Below the pieces are notes generated by a model, which ran no database searches, was not told the DNA's origin, and saw only the letters and a program-made list of their open reading frames with translations. Positions 44,723-56,311 of a DNA stretch of 64,000 nucleotides are shown piece after piece; the stretch's first letter is position 1; each line of letters begins with the position of its first letter. The DNA comes from an uncultured Clostridia bacterium (GTDB lineage Bacteria; Bacillota; Clostridia; TANB77; CAG-508): assembly GCA_963556905.1 (NCBI GenBank), contig CAUWAY010000001.1, positions 23,709 to 87,708 on the forward strand, read 5' to 3'. Made by a program: the position numbers and the translations under genes.

Positions 44723-47290
44723 TTATTCTTCTACCCATTTTATTAAATTAAGATTTGCACTTTCTAAAATCATTTCATGTTGAGGCATAACTCTAAATGA
44801 ATATCCATAGTTTCCTCCTGAGCATAAATCTATTTTGGCTACATAATAATATTTCTTGTTTTCTTCTTCTTTTCTTTCTATTTTCATTGGAATAATTTTT
44901 ACATCTTGTACTGTTCCATCTTCTAAAAATTTTCCATAATAGACTTCAGCTCTTATATTTGATACATTGATGTTTGGAAGTGTTACCGCACATCTTACTT
45001 CTATTTGTGTTCCTGCATCAACTGTAATATCATCTGCATTTCCTTCTACTTGTTCTATTTTTATGTCTTTCCAATTTGTACATAGATTTTGCTTCCAACT
45101 GTTAAATTCTGTAACTTTTTCTAAATCATTATAATATTTTTTATTTAGATTACATAATGGTATATAAAGTTTGTTTGTATAATCAACTAACATTCTTGAT
45201 GTACTATATTTTCCTCCTGTTGATATAATAGAATTTTTCATGTAGTCCATCCATATTTTTGATATTCCATTTTTGTCTTTGTCATAATATGCTGGAATTA
45301 TTTTGTTTTCTAAAGTATAATACATACTTTCACTGTCTGCTATGTCTTGCTCTTCATATGATGAGTATTCTTGGTTTGTTCCTATTGTCCAGCCGTTTTT
45401 TTGGTTATATCCTTCTGCCCACCAACCATCTAGAACACTAAAGTTTATAACTCCATTTACAGATGCTTTTTGTCCACTTGTTCCTGATGCTTCCATTGGT
45501 CTTCTTGGGTTGTTTAACCATACATCTACACCACTTACTAAATATTTTGAAATTGTTATATTATAGTTTTCTAAAATAAATATTTTTCCTTTAAATTGTG
45601 GTTTCATTGAAATGTCATGTATAAATTTTATTAAATCTGCTCCTTCTTTATCTGCTGGATGTGCTTTTCCTGCAAATATTAATTGAACAGGCTTGTTTTC
45701 ATCATTTAATATTTGTGTAATTCTTTCTAAATCTTTAAAAATTAATGTTGCTCTTTTATATGTTGCAAACCTTCTTGCAAATCCTATTGTTAGTGCATTT
45801 GGATTTAGTTTTGATGTTGCTTCACTTATTTCATCATAACTTACTCCTTCACGTCTTAGTCTGTTTGTTACATTTTGTTTTACTAATGCTAATAATTTTT
45901 CTTTTCTTTCCATATGAATTTTCCATAATTTTTCATCTGGAATGTTCTTTATTTTCTCCCATACTTCGTCTTCATGTATATTGTCTTGCCAATATGGTAT
46001 TAAATATTTATTGTATAATTCTTTTAATTTTGGTGCTAACCATGTACAAGTGTGAATTCCATTTGTAACATATGTTATTGGTGATTCACTTGGTGCTATG
46101 TTTGACCAAACATCTGAAAATAGTTCTCTTGATACTTCTCCATGTAATTTACTTACACCATTTTTCTTTCCTGCTATTTTTAAGGCAAAAATTCCCATAT
46201 TAAATCCTGGTTCTAATTCTCCACAAGGTTTCATTCCAAGTTTTAAAAATTCTTCTCTAGTTAGTCCTAAACGTGGCCAAAAATCTTTGAAATATTTTTC
46301 CACTAAGCTTATTGGGAATATATCATTTCCTGCTGGTACAGGTGTATGTGTTGTAAATACTGTTTTTGATGATGCTATATCTCTTGCTACTTCAAATGAT
46401 ACTTGTTTTTCTTTTATTATGTTCTTGATTATTTCTAAATTTAAAAATGCTGAGTGCCCTTCATTCATATGATATACTGTTGGTTTTAGTCCTAGTTTTT
46501 TTAATACATTTACTCCTCCCATTCCAAGTATAATTTCTTGGCGAATTCTCATTTCTTGGTCTCCACCATAAAGACGAGCTGTTGTGTTTCTATCTTCTTG
46601 GTTGTTTATGTCAATATCTGAATCTAGTAAGTATAGTTTTACTCTCCCAACATTTACTTGCCATACCTTTAAGTAGATTCTTCTTTTTGGGAATTTTATG
46701 TATATTATAAAGTCATTTCCGTCTTCTCCTTTTACTGGTGTTATTGGTAAGTCATATAAATTTATATCTCTATATTCTGGTTTTTGCATTCCTTGTTTGT
46801 CTATTATTTGATTAAAATATCCATTTTTATATAATAATCCTATTGCAACAAGTGGTATTCCTAAATCACTTGCTGATTTTAAGTGGTCTCCTGATAATAT
46901 TCCAAGTCCTCCTGAATATATTGCTATTGTTTGGTCTAGTCCATATTCTGCTGAAAAATATGCAATTAAATCTTTTTGATTTTCTGGATATTTTTGTGAA
47001 AACCATGTGTTTTTGCTTTCCATATATCCTTCGAAATTTTCAACTACTTTATCATATTCTCTTAAAAATAGTAGGTCTTTTGAGGCATTTTCTAATTTCT
47101 CTTGATCTACCATTTTTAAGAATTTTACTGGGTTTTTATTGCATCTTTCCCATAAATCTTCATCTATCTTTTTGAATAGTCTTAAAAATTCTGTGTTCCA
47201 TGCCCACCATAAGTTATATGCAATTTCTGTTATTTTTGATATTCTTTTTGGTAATTGTGGGTTTACTGTTATTCTATTAAATATATACAT
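44723..47290 (-). CDS. glgP: alpha-glucan (glycogen/maltodextrin) phosphorylase, GT35
   Basis: 855 aa with SAEYGL..GGLGILSGDHLKSASDLG, FTTHTPVPAGND, and the PLP region EASGTSGQKA. Confidence 0.85.
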   Translation of the reverse strand: MYIFNRITVNPQLPKRISKITEIAYNLWWAWNTEFLRLFKKIDEDLWERCNKNPVKFLKMVDQEKLENASKDLLFLREYDKVVENFEGYMESKNTWFSQKYPENQKDLIAYFSAEYGLDQTIAIYSGGLGILSGDHLKSASDLGIPLVAIGLLYKNGYFNQIIDKQGMQKPEYRDINLYDLPITPVKGEDGNDFIIYIKFPKRRIYLKVWQVNVGRVKLYLLDSDIDINNQEDRNTTARLYGGDQEMRIRQEIILGMGGVNVLKKLGLKPTVYHMNEGHSAFLNLEIIKNIIKEKQVSFEVARDIASSKTVFTTHTPVPAGNDIFPISLVEKYFKDFWPRLGLTREEFLKLGMKPCGELEPGFNMGIFALKIAGKKNGVSKLHGEVSRELFSDVWSNIAPSESPITYVTNGIHTCTWLAPKLKELYNKYLIPYWQDNIHEDEVWEKIKNIPDEKLWKIHMERKEKLLALVKQNVTNRLRREGVSYDEISEATSKLNPNALTIGFARRFATYKRATLIFKDLERITQILNDENKPVQLIFAGKAHPADKEGADLIKFIHDISMKPQFKGKIFILENYNITISKYLVSGVDVWLNNPRRPMEASGTSGQKASVNGVINFSVLDGWWAEGYNQKNGWTIGTNQEYSSYEEQDIADSESMYYTLENKIIPAYYDKDKNGISKIWMDYMKNSIISTGGKYSTSRMLVDYTNKLYIPLCNLNKKYYNDLEKVTEFNSWKQNLCTNWKDIKIEQVEGNADDITVDAGTQIEVRCAVTLPNINVSNIRAEVYYGKFLEDGTVQDVKIIPMKIERKEEENKKYYYVAKIDLCSGGNYGYSFRVMPQHEMILESANLNLIKWVEE

Positions 47291-47393
47291 TTTATTTTCC
47301 TCCTAAGTTTATTGTATTACTGTTCTTTTGTTAATTTTACAATTATTATTATCTACTAATTTTACTTTTTTGTCAATTATTTTTATGAATAAT

Positions 47394-47831
47394 TTATTTT
47401 ATGCTTTCATTAAGCATCCATAATATTTTTGTGAATTTACTTAAATATTCATCAATTAATGATGAGATTTCATAGTCTTCTTGTTTTTCTGCTTCTATTT
47501 TTATTTCATTTGCTTTTTGTTGTAATGTTTTATAATCATTTATTATATTGCTTATAATTTCTGTTGCTTTGATTTTTTCATTTTGAGCTTCTTGGATTTC
47601 TGAATTTTGTAGGAAGTCCTTCATTGTTCCAAGAGGCTCATATCCTTTTGCTAAAATGTGTTCTGCAACTTCATCTATTTGCTTTCTTATTTCTTCATAA
47701 TATTCTTCCAATTTCTCATGTATTACAAAAAATTCTATTCCTTGTATATTCCAATGATAATTTTGTAATTTTATAGACATTACTTCAAGTTCACTTAAAA
47801 ACTCGTTTAAATTTTTTATATTTTCATTCAT
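47394..47831 (-). CDS. dps: Dps family DNA-protection/ferritin-like protein
   Basis: LNEFLSELEVMSIKLQNYHWNIQGIEFFVIHEKLEEYYEE..DEVAEHI. The start was refined to the MNENIK Met behind a GAGAGG RBS. Confidence 0.85.
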   Translation of the reverse strand: MNENIKNLNEFLSELEVMSIKLQNYHWNIQGIEFFVIHEKLEEYYEEIRKQIDEVAEHILAKGYEPLGTMKDFLQNSEIQEAQNEKIKATEIISNIINDYKTLQQKANEIKIEAEKQEDYEISSLIDEYLSKFTKILWMLNESIK

Positions 47832-47899
47832 AATGTACCTCTCTTTCAAATACATTATGTTCAAAAAATGTTTTTTTATTCAATTGTACTTATTATTAC

Positions 47900-48847
47900 C
47901 TAATTTCCAAATTGGCTTCCTTCCTTAATTTCATTTCCTCTTAAAAAGTCAAGTATATTCATTTTTTTTGAATTTTCAGCTTGTATTTCTAATACCTTTA
48001 TAGTTCCTCCTTTGGCTTTTATATATAATCCTTCTTTGGTGTTTGATTTTAATACTGTTCCATTTTTTTCTTTTTCTTCTTTATCTGTTTGATTAATTAC
48101 TTCCACTTTCCAAAATTTTATTTTTTTTCCATTTAAAAAGGAATATGTTCCCATTATTGGATTTAATCCTCTTACAAGATTTTTTATTTCATTTGCATTT
48201 TTATTGTTCCAGTCTATTTTTGATATTTCTTTGTCAAGCATAGGTGCTAATGAAAATTCGTTACCCTGTGGAACCCTTGGTGCTGTTCCATTTTCGATTT
48301 TTTCTAATGTTTCTACTAAGAGTTTTGCTCCTATTTTAGATAGTTTCTCCCATAATTCTCCTGTTGTTTCATTTTCTCCAATTTCTACTTCTTCTTTTAA
48401 AATCATATCTCCTGTATCCATTCCAATGTCCATGTACATTGTTGTTATTCCAGTTTTTTTGTCTCCATTTATAATAGACCATTGAATTGGTGCAGCACCT
48501 CTATATTGTGGTAATAATGATCCATGTACATTTATGCAGCCTAGTCTTGGAATTTCTAATATTTCTTTTGGGAGTATTTTTCCATATGCTACAACACAAA
48601 TAACATCTGGCTTTAATTTTTTGATTTCTTCTATAAATTCAATATTGTTTTTTATTTTTTCAGGTTGATATATTTTTAATTTTTTTTCTATTGCAAATTC
48701 TTTAACTGGTGTAGGAATTGTTTTCATTCCTCTTCCTTTTGGCTTATCTACATTTGTTACTACCCCTAGAATCTCATGTTTAGCATTATATATTGCTTCT
48801 AATGATTTTTTTGCAAAATCCGGTGTTCCCATAAATATGATTTTCAT
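47900..48847 (-). CDS. fmt: methionyl-tRNA formyltransferase
   Basis: MKIIFMGTPDFA, INVHGSLLPQYRGAAPIQW. Confidence 0.95.
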   Translation of the reverse strand: MKIIFMGTPDFAKKSLEAIYNAKHEILGVVTNVDKPKGRGMKTIPTPVKEFAIEKKLKIYQPEKIKNNIEFIEEIKKLKPDVICVVAYGKILPKEILEIPRLGCINVHGSLLPQYRGAAPIQWSIINGDKKTGITTMYMDIGMDTGDMILKEEVEIGENETTGELWEKLSKIGAKLLVETLEKIENGTAPRVPQGNEFSLAPMLDKEISKIDWNNKNANEIKNLVRGLNPIMGTYSFLNGKKIKFWKVEVINQTDKEEKEKNGTVLKSNTKEGLYIKAKGGTIKVLEIQAENSKKMNILDFLRGNEIKEGSQFGN

Positions 48848-48852
48848 CTATT

Positions 48853-49734
48853 CTATTTTTCCTTTCTTTTTGATATTTCTGTTGCAATGTTTGCAAAGTC
48901 TTGTATTGTTAAGTTTTCAGCCCTTATATTTTCATTTAATTTTAATTTTTTAAATATTTCTATTCCCTCTTCTTTGTTAATAAATACTTTTGTATTTGTA
49001 AGTGCATTTATTAATGTTTTTCTTCTTTGCATAAAAGCACTTTTTATAATCATAAACATTATTTTGGGATTGTCTACTTTTACTACAGCCTCTTTTCTTA
49101 ATTTCATTTTTATAACTTCTGATGTTACTTCTGGTTCTGGTATAAAAGAGCTATTAGGTACTTCCATTATTTTTTCTGATTCACAATAATAATATACTGT
49201 ATATGTTATTGCACCTGTATTTTTTTTGCTTGGCGTTTCTATTAGTCTTTCTGCTACTTCTTTTTGTATCATTACTGTTATGCTTTCAATATCTAGTTTT
49301 TCTTCTAAAAGTTTCATTATTATTGGTGTTGTTATATAATATGGTAAATTTGCAACTACTTTTACATTTTTTATTTGAGATATATTAGTTTCTTCCTTAT
49401 TTTCTTTTATTATTTTATTCAAGTCTACTTTTAATACATCATCATTTATTATTTCAAAATTTTGAAATTGGCTAAATCTGTCTTTTAATATTTTTACCAT
49501 TTTATTGTCTAATTCTATACATATAACTTTTCCTGCTTTTTCTAACAAGTATTTTGTTAATGTCCCAAGTCCTGGTCCTATTTCTATTACTAAGTCTTCT
49601 TTATCTATTTGACTATTACTTATAATATTTTCTACTACTTCTGAATTTATTAAAAAATTTTGACCTAAGCTTTTATTAGCTCTTATTCCATATTTTTTCA
49701 TTATGTTTTTGGTTTCTTGTAATATATTTTCCAT
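48853..49734 (-). CDS. rsmA: 16S rRNA (adenine1518/1519-N6)-dimethyltransferase
   Basis: LGQNFL, EIGPGLGTLT, VANLPYYITTPI. Confidence 0.9.
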   Translation of the reverse strand: MENILQETKNIMKKYGIRANKSLGQNFLINSEVVENIISNSQIDKEDLVIEIGPGLGTLTKYLLEKAGKVICIELDNKMVKILKDRFSQFQNFEIINDDVLKVDLNKIIKENKEETNISQIKNVKVVANLPYYITTPIIMKLLEEKLDIESITVMIQKEVAERLIETPSKKNTGAITYTVYYYCESEKIMEVPNSSFIPEPEVTSEVIKMKLRKEAVVKVDNPKIMFMIIKSAFMQRRKTLINALTNTKVFINKEEGIEIFKKLKLNENIRAENLTIQDFANIATEISKRKEK

Positions 49735-49758
49735 ATTAATTTTTATTTTACTTCTCCT

Positions 49759-50832
49759 TTATATGCTTTCTACTTTTGATACAACACATTTTCCATTTTC
49801 ATATTTTAATGTTATTTTTTCCTTTAAAGTTATAAATGCATTCATATTTTGTTTTGATACTTCATATGTTGTTTCATTTCCCTTTATAAGTATAGGTTGT
49901 ATTTTTTCAATCATATAGTTTGTTTGCATTCCAGTTATTTCTTTTACAAATAATATTTCTTTATAGTTTATAAATTCACTGAATTGACTTTTTAAAACTT
50001 CTTCTGTCATTACAGTTTCCATTTTTGTTTTGAAATCATTATAACTTATTCCTGTCCATTTATATTCTGAATATTCTTCTGGCAATTTTGAGTTTTCTTC
50101 TGTCATTTCTATTGTTTGTGGAAGATTTAAACTTGTTAATAAATATTGTGTTGCACCTTTTTTTATGTTTGCTAAATTGTCATAGTTATATATTACTTCT
50201 GATACAATTTCTTCTGGAATTTTGTTTGCGATTTTTACAGTCATAACTGTTTTCATTGCTTCATTATAATATTGGTTGTATAAATTTTCTTCTCCATTTA
50301 TTTCTAGTGCATACATATATCCTTCATACATTATTGCTAATATTTTAGCTTTTACTCCTTTATTTGATGCTTCAAATTCTCTCCATTGTATATCATTTAT
50401 TTCTTGAACTTTCGTGTATTCTATATTTGAATATATTGAGTGTTCTAACATTTGTTTTTTTAATTCTTCATTTGTCATATTACTTTTTTCTATGTAAATA
50501 TTTATTCTAATATCATTAGATGTTCCATCTTCATTTTCTTGTTTTGGTCCTTGTATATAAAATTTAATAGAACCATTTTCTTTTTCTATTACTTCCCATT
50601 TTTCTGATAATTTTCCTATATCTATTGTTATAACATCATTTGAATATAGTTTTATTTCTTCTGGCTTTATTTCTTCTGCTTGCATATTATTTTCTTCTGT
50701 TTTTTGTTCGTTTTTGTCATTTGTAGAACGTGCTAGTAAAAATACTAATATTATTAGTATAATTATTAGTATGAAAAATGTTCCAAAATTTAACTCTATT
50801 GACGTTTTTGGGGCCATTCTTTTTCCTTTCAT
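49759..50832 (-). CDS. hypothetical membrane-anchored extracytoplasmic protein
   Basis: 357 aa with an N-terminal TM (FGTFFILIIILIILVFLLA). No family was recognised. Confidence 0.4.
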   Translation of the reverse strand: MKGKRMAPKTSIELNFGTFFILIIILIILVFLLARSTNDKNEQKTEENNMQAEEIKPEEIKLYSNDVITIDIGKLSEKWEVIEKENGSIKFYIQGPKQENEDGTSNDIRINIYIEKSNMTNEELKKQMLEHSIYSNIEYTKVQEINDIQWREFEASNKGVKAKILAIMYEGYMYALEINGEENLYNQYYNEAMKTVMTVKIANKIPEEIVSEVIYNYDNLANIKKGATQYLLTSLNLPQTIEMTEENSKLPEEYSEYKWTGISYNDFKTKMETVMTEEVLKSQFSEFINYKEILFVKEITGMQTNYMIEKIQPILIKGNETTYEVSKQNMNAFITLKEKITLKYENGKCVVSKVESI

Positions 50833-51059
50833 TTTATCATCCTCTCTATTAAATATATTTTTTAAAATTTTGAATTTTTTTCGTGTAAATTTATTCTATT
50901 ATATCATTTTTATATTTTTTTTCAATATTCTTTTAGTAGTTAATAGTTAATTTTAAAAAAATATTGAAAAAAAATATAATATATGATATTATAACAAATA
51001 TATTTTTACTATTATAAAAAACAAAAATTTTTTTATAATATAAAGAAGGAGGTATTCAT

Positions 51060-51614
51060 ATGATTTGGATAATATTAGCAATCATCTTATTTTTAGTAAT
51101 TTGGGTTATATCAATTTATAATGGACTAATTGCTTCAAGACAAAAAGTAGAAAATGCATGGAGTCAAATTGATGTACAATTACAAAGAAGATTTGACCTA
51201 ATCCCTAATTTCGTTGAAACTGTAAAAGGCTATATGACACATGAAGCTGAAACATTTGAAAAAATAGCTAATTTAAGAACATCATGGGCAAATTCATCAT
51301 CTGTTGGTGAAAAAGCAAAATTAGACGGAGAACTTTCTGGTGCTTTAAAAACCATAATGGCTGTTTCAGAAAATTATCCTGATTTAAAAGCAAATACAAA
51401 CTTTTCGGATTTATCTGAAGAATTGCGTAATACAGAAAATAAAATTTCTTTTTCAAGGCAATTCTACAATGATAGTGTTACAATATATAACACTAAATTA
51501 GAGCTTTTCCCTTCAAGTATAATTGCAAATATGTTTAATTTCAAAGCCAAAGAATTATTTACTGCTGAAAGTGATGAAGCTAGAAAAAATGTAAAAGTAG
51601 ATTTTGGAAAATAG
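51060..51614 (+). CDS. lemA: LemA family protein
   Basis: N-terminal TM, then YNGLI..RQKVENAWSQIDVQLQRRFDLIPN and FYNDSV..YN. Confidence 0.85.
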   Translation: MIWIILAIILFLVIWVISIYNGLIASRQKVENAWSQIDVQLQRRFDLIPNFVETVKGYMTHEAETFEKIANLRTSWANSSSVGEKAKLDGELSGALKTIMAVSENYPDLKANTNFSDLSEELRNTENKISFSRQFYNDSVTIYNTKLELFPSSIIANMFNFKAKELFTAESDEARKNVKVDFGK

Positions 51615-51715
51615 TGTTGATTACTTTTTATTAAATTTCGGGATAGAATTAATAATTCTATCTCTTTGTTTTAATATAAAAATATTTTTTATATTGTTAT
51701 GTGAAAGGAGTATTT

Positions 51716-52609
51716 ATGTTTGAAGATATCAAAAAAAATAAAATAAAATCTTGGATTATAATTTTTCTATTTTTAGCTTTTATATCTGTAATCATTTATT
51801 ATATATGTATGGCTTTAAATTTAGGAAAATTGTCAATTATTATAGCTTTAGTTTTTGCAATTGCATCAACTTGGGGCTCTTATTATTATAGTGATAAAAT
51901 AGTTTTAAAATTAAATAGAGCTAGACCAGCAACAAAAGAAGAAAATTTAAAATTAGTAAATATTTTAGACTCATTAGTTGTATCTTCTGGATTACCCGTT
52001 ACACCAAAGTTATACATTGTAGAAGATTCTCAAGCAAATGCTTTTGCAACTGGTAGAAATCCTCAAAATGCTGTTATATGTGTAACTACAGGTTTACTTG
52101 ATAAACTAGAATATTATGAATTAGAAGGAGTTATTGCTCATGAAATGGCTCATATAAAAAATTATGATATTTTACTTTCTGCTGTTGTTTCTGTAATGGT
52201 TGGATTTGTTGTAATTCTTTCAGACTATTTTACTAGACTTACATTTTGGGGTGGTGTTAGAAATAGTGATGATGATAGTGATAATAAAGGAAATGGCATT
52301 TTGATGGTTCTTGGACTTATTTTCTTAATACTGTCTCCGATTTTTGGTCAACTTATGCAACTTGCTATTTCAAGAAAGAGAGAATTTTTAGCTGATGCAA
52401 CAGCTATTGAGTTTACTAGAAATCCTGATGGGTTAATTTCTGCACTCGAGAAGATTTCAAGTGATCCTAATGAGCTAAATGTTGCAAATAAAGCCACCGA
52501 AAATATGTATATTGTTAATCCTTTTCATGGAAAAAGAAAAACTTCTAGCTTATGGTCTACTCACCCAAGTACAGAAGATAGAATTGAAGCATTAAGGAAT
52601 TTAAGATAA
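51716..52609 (+). CDS. htpX: M48 family zinc metalloprotease HtpX-like
   Basis: HEMAHIKNYD (HExxH), multiple TMs, distal REFLADA. The start was refined to the Met after an AAAGGAG RBS. Confidence 0.85.
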   Translation: MFEDIKKNKIKSWIIIFLFLAFISVIIYYICMALNLGKLSIIIALVFAIASTWGSYYYSDKIVLKLNRARPATKEENLKLVNILDSLVVSSGLPVTPKLYIVEDSQANAFATGRNPQNAVICVTTGLLDKLEYYELEGVIAHEMAHIKNYDILLSAVVSVMVGFVVILSDYFTRLTFWGGVRNSDDDSDNKGNGILMVLGLIFLILSPIFGQLMQLAISRKREFLADATAIEFTRNPDGLISALEKISSDPNELNVANKATENMYIVNPFHGKRKTSSLWSTHPSTEDRIEALRNLR

Positions 52610-52648
52610 AAAATAAAGCTAAGATTTTTATTTTCTTAGCTTGTTTTT

Positions 52649-55600
52649 TTATGATTTCAATTTCATAGAAAGTAACTTTGAAATACCTTTTTCTTCCATT
52701 GTTACTCCATATACTGTATCTGCGGCTTCCATTGTTCCTTTTCTATGTGTAATAACTAAAAATTGTGTTTCTTTAGCAAATTTTTTTAGGTATTCTGCAT
52801 ATCTATAAACATTTACATCATCAAGTGCTGCTTCTATTTCATCAAGTACACAAAATGGTGCTGGATTTATTTTTAATATAGCAAATAATAATGCGATTGC
52901 AGTAAATGCTCTTTCTCCTCCTGAAAGGAGTGTCATACTTTGAAGTTTCTTTCCTGGTGGTTGTACAGTTATTTCTATTCCACATTCTAAAATATTTTCT
53001 TCATCTGTTAATGTAACTTGTGCCATTCCTCCACCAAACAATTCTTTAAATACTTCTCCAAAGTTTTTATTGATAATTTCGAATTTTTCTTTAAATTGTT
53101 GTTTCATTGTGTCAAGCATTTCTTGAATAACTTTTCTAAGTTTTGACATTGTATTTTCTAAATCAAGCCTTTGTTCACACATAAAGTCATATCTTTGTTT
53201 TTGGTTTTTATATTCTTCTATAGAGTCTACATTTACACTTCCTAATTCTCTTATGTCTGTTCTCAAATTGTTTACTTTTCTTTGAGTTAATTGTACATTC
53301 TCTGGTTTTTGATAGTTTTCAACATTATTAGGTGTTAGTTCATATTCTTCCCATAATTTATTAATAAATTCTGTGATATCTTCTTCTGTTTTTGTTTTTT
53401 TAATTTCAATTTTAGTTAGTTGTGTTTTTAAATCTTCTATTATTCTAAATTCTTCTGTTTGTTCTTCTTCTTTTTTAGTTAATTTTTCATTTTTTTGAAT
53501 TCTATCTTTTTTTAACTTTCCAATATTTTCTCCACTATGCTCAACTTGAGATTTTATTTCTTCTATCTTGTTTTTTATGTTTTCAATTTCTTGTTGTAAC
53601 TTGATATTATCATCTTTTAATCTTTCTATTTGATTTTTTTTGTTGTCTTTGTTTTTATTATGTGTATCTATTTCTTTACTTATTATTTCAGTCATTTCTT
53701 CAATTGAAGTTTCACTTTCATAAAATGATGATACAGAAATTTTTAAATTTGTAATGTCTAAATTTAAGTCATCTATATAATTTTGGCTTTCTTTGTTTGA
53801 ATTTGAAAATTCGTCAATTATCTTTTGTTTTTCTTCATTTTGTTTTGAAATTTCTTCTATTTGTTTTTGGATTTCTTCTTTATCTTTTAAATTTTCTTTA
53901 TAGTTTTGCTCATTTTTGTTACTTTCTTCTTTTAATTTAATTATTCTTTCTTGAATTCCTTGTATGTTTTCTTCTATTGATATTACTCTTTGTTTTTCAG
54001 TTGCATATGTTATGTCTATTTCTTGTAATTGCTTTTCTAAATTTTCTATCCCTTCAATTATATTTTCTGATGAGTTTATATATTCTTCTTTTTCTTTTTC
54101 AATTTTTGAAATTTTATCTTTTAGATTTTTTATTTCTTTTTCTAAATTTTCTATTTCTCTACTTCTTCCTAAAATATTTACTGTCTTTTTGGCAACTGAA
54201 CCTCCTGTCATTGCTCCTGAAGGGTTTATTACATCTCCATCTATTGTTATTATTTTAAAAGTATAATTATTTTCTTTTGCAATAGTTATTGCATTTTGCA
54301 TATTGTCTACTATTAAAGTTTTTCCTAACAAATTTAAAATTATTTGTTCATATTTTTTATCATATGTTACTATATCTGAAGCAATTCCTATTACTCCTAG
54401 TTTTTTTCCTTTGATATTGTCTATTTTTTTTCCTTTTACAGCACTTATCGGCAAAAATGATGCTCTTCCAAGATTATTTTTCCTTAAATGCTCTATTAGT
54501 TTTTTTGCATCTTCTTCTGTTTCTGTTACAATATTTTGTAATCCTGCTCCTAAGCACATTTCTATTGCAGTTTCATATTCTTTTGGTACTGAAATAATAT
54601 TGGCAATGATTCCACACATTCCTTTTCCTAGTTCTTTAGTTTTTTCACACTCTATTAACAATGATTTTACACTTTTTATATAACCTTCTTTTTCTTTTTC
54701 TGTTTCTACTAAAAAGTTGTATCTAGATTGTTTCATCCTCATTTCGTTTGTATGATTTACAAGTTGTAAATCATATTCTTTTAATTTTTCATTTATTTCT
54801 TGTTTTTGTTTTTCTATTTCTTCAATATTTTTTAAAACTTTGTTTCTATTTGTTTCTATTTCATAAAAGTTTTTTGCTATATCTTCATTTTTTATCTTCA
54901 CTCTATCTAATTCTAGTGTTTGACTATTTATTTCTTGTTTTAACTGCTTACTTCTTTTTTCTAAATTTTCTAAATTTGCTTGTTTTGTACTTATCTGAGC
55001 TTGTAATTCATATTTTTTGTCTGTATTTTCTTCTACTTGTTTTTTTATTTTTTCGATTTCTAATTCTTTTGAGCTTAACTTTTCTGTCAATTTTTCAAGT
55101 TCTGTTTCTTTTTCTTTTAATTCATTTTCAAATTTTTCTTTGCTTTGCTTTAAATTGTCCTTTTTATTTTTTTTCAGTTCTATATCTTCTTTTAAATTTT
55201 TTATTTTTTCTTCTAATTCTAATATTTCACTTTCATATATTTCTGAATTTGTTTTATTACTATGAATTTTAGCATTTGCCACATTTATGTTAGAATTTAG
55301 TTGTTCTATTTCTCTTTGACTTTCAAATCCAATATTTTGCATATTTTCAATTTGTGTTGTTATTTCATCTATGTCGTCTTTTAGTTCTTCTTTTAAAATT
55401 TTAATTTTTTCAAGTTTTCCTTCTTCTTGATTTAGTGTTCCTTTCATTATTTCTTCATCTTTTGTTAGTTCTTCTAAGTCTTTTTTATATTTTTCAATAT
55501 TATATATAAATAGTCCTACTTCTATATTTTTTAACTCTTCTTTTAAATTTAAGTATTTTTTTGCTTTATCAGCTTGAGTTTGCAATGGTTCTAAATTGGT

Positions 55601-56197
55601 TTCAATTTCTGATAGTATATCATTTATTCGTAATAAGTTGAGTTTCGTTTGTTCTAGTTTTTTTTCTGTTTCTTCTTTCCTAGCTCTATATTTTACAATT
55701 CCTGCTGCTTCTTCAAATATATGTCTTCTGTCTTCTGACTTATTACTTAAAATTTCGTCTATTTTTCCTTGGCCTATTATAGAATATCCATCTCTTCCTA
55801 TTCCTGTATCCATAAAAAGTTCTACCACATCTTTTAGTCTACATGGAACTTTATTTATATAATACCCTGTTTCTCCACTTCTATATATTTTTCTTGTTAC
55901 TGTTACTTCTGAATATTCTATTGGTAAACTTCCATCTGTATTGTCAAATATTAATGATGCTTCTGCAAATCCTAATGATTTTCTATTTTGTGTTCCTGCA
56001 AATATGATATCTTGTGTCTTTGCCCCTCTTAGTTCTTTCATACTTTGTTCTCCAAGTATCCATCTTATTGCATCTGATATATTACTTTTTCCTGAACCAT
56101 TTGGTCCTATTACACTTGTTATTCCTGGCATAAATTCTAATACTGTTTTATCTGCAAATGACTTAAATCCTTGCATTTCTAGTCTTTTTAAATACAT
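52649..56197 (-). CDS. smc: chromosome segregation protein SMC
   Basis: MYLKRLEMQGFKSF..GPNGSGKSN Walker A, long coiled coils, a hinge, and C-terminal LSGGERA..LDEIEAALD. Confidence 0.95.
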   Translation of the reverse strand: MYLKRLEMQGFKSFADKTVLEFMPGITSVIGPNGSGKSNISDAIRWILGEQSMKELRGAKTQDIIFAGTQNRKSLGFAEASLIFDNTDGSLPIEYSEVTVTRKIYRSGETGYYINKVPCRLKDVVELFMDTGIGRDGYSIIGQGKIDEILSNKSEDRRHIFEEAAGIVKYRARKEETEKKLEQTKLNLLRINDILSEIETNLEPLQTQADKAKKYLNLKEELKNIEVGLFIYNIEKYKKDLEELTKDEEIMKGTLNQEEGKLEKIKILKEELKDDIDEITTQIENMQNIGFESQREIEQLNSNINVANAKIHSNKTNSEIYESEILELEEKIKNLKEDIELKKNKKDNLKQSKEKFENELKEKETELEKLTEKLSSKELEIEKIKKQVEENTDKKYELQAQISTKQANLENLEKRSKQLKQEINSQTLELDRVKIKNEDIAKNFYEIETNRNKVLKNIEEIEKQKQEINEKLKEYDLQLVNHTNEMRMKQSRYNFLVETEKEKEGYIKSVKSLLIECEKTKELGKGMCGIIANIISVPKEYETAIEMCLGAGLQNIVTETEEDAKKLIEHLRKNNLGRASFLPISAVKGKKIDNIKGKKLGVIGIASDIVTYDKKYEQIILNLLGKTLIVDNMQNAITIAKENNYTFKIITIDGDVINPSGAMTGGSVAKKTVNILGRSREIENLEKEIKNLKDKISKIEKEKEEYINSSENIIEGIENLEKQLQEIDITYATEKQRVISIEENIQGIQERIIKLKEESNKNEQNYKENLKDKEEIQKQIEEISKQNEEKQKIIDEFSNSNKESQNYIDDLNLDITNLKISVSSFYESETSIEEMTEIISKEIDTHNKNKDNKKNQIERLKDDNIKLQQEIENIKNKIEEIKSQVEHSGENIGKLKKDRIQKNEKLTKKEEEQTEEFRIIEDLKTQLTKIEIKKTKTEEDITEFINKLWEEYELTPNNVENYQKPENVQLTQRKVNNLRTDIRELGSVNVDSIEEYKNQKQRYDFMCEQRLDLENTMSKLRKVIQEMLDTMKQQFKEKFEIINKNFGEVFKELFGGGMAQVTLTDEENILECGIEITVQPPGKKLQSMTLLSGGERAFTAIALLFAILKINPAPFCVLDEIEAALDDVNVYRYAEYLKKFAKETQFLVITHRKGTMEAADTVYGVTMEEKGISKLLSMKLKS

Positions 56198-56311
56198 GTT
56201 TCTCACCTTTTTGTTTCTCTATTTGTGCTTTGTCGCACTTCTCTTTGTATTTTATATTAAAATACAAAAAATAGCAAGTATTCTTGCTATTTTTAATTTA
56301 CCTCTGTTTTA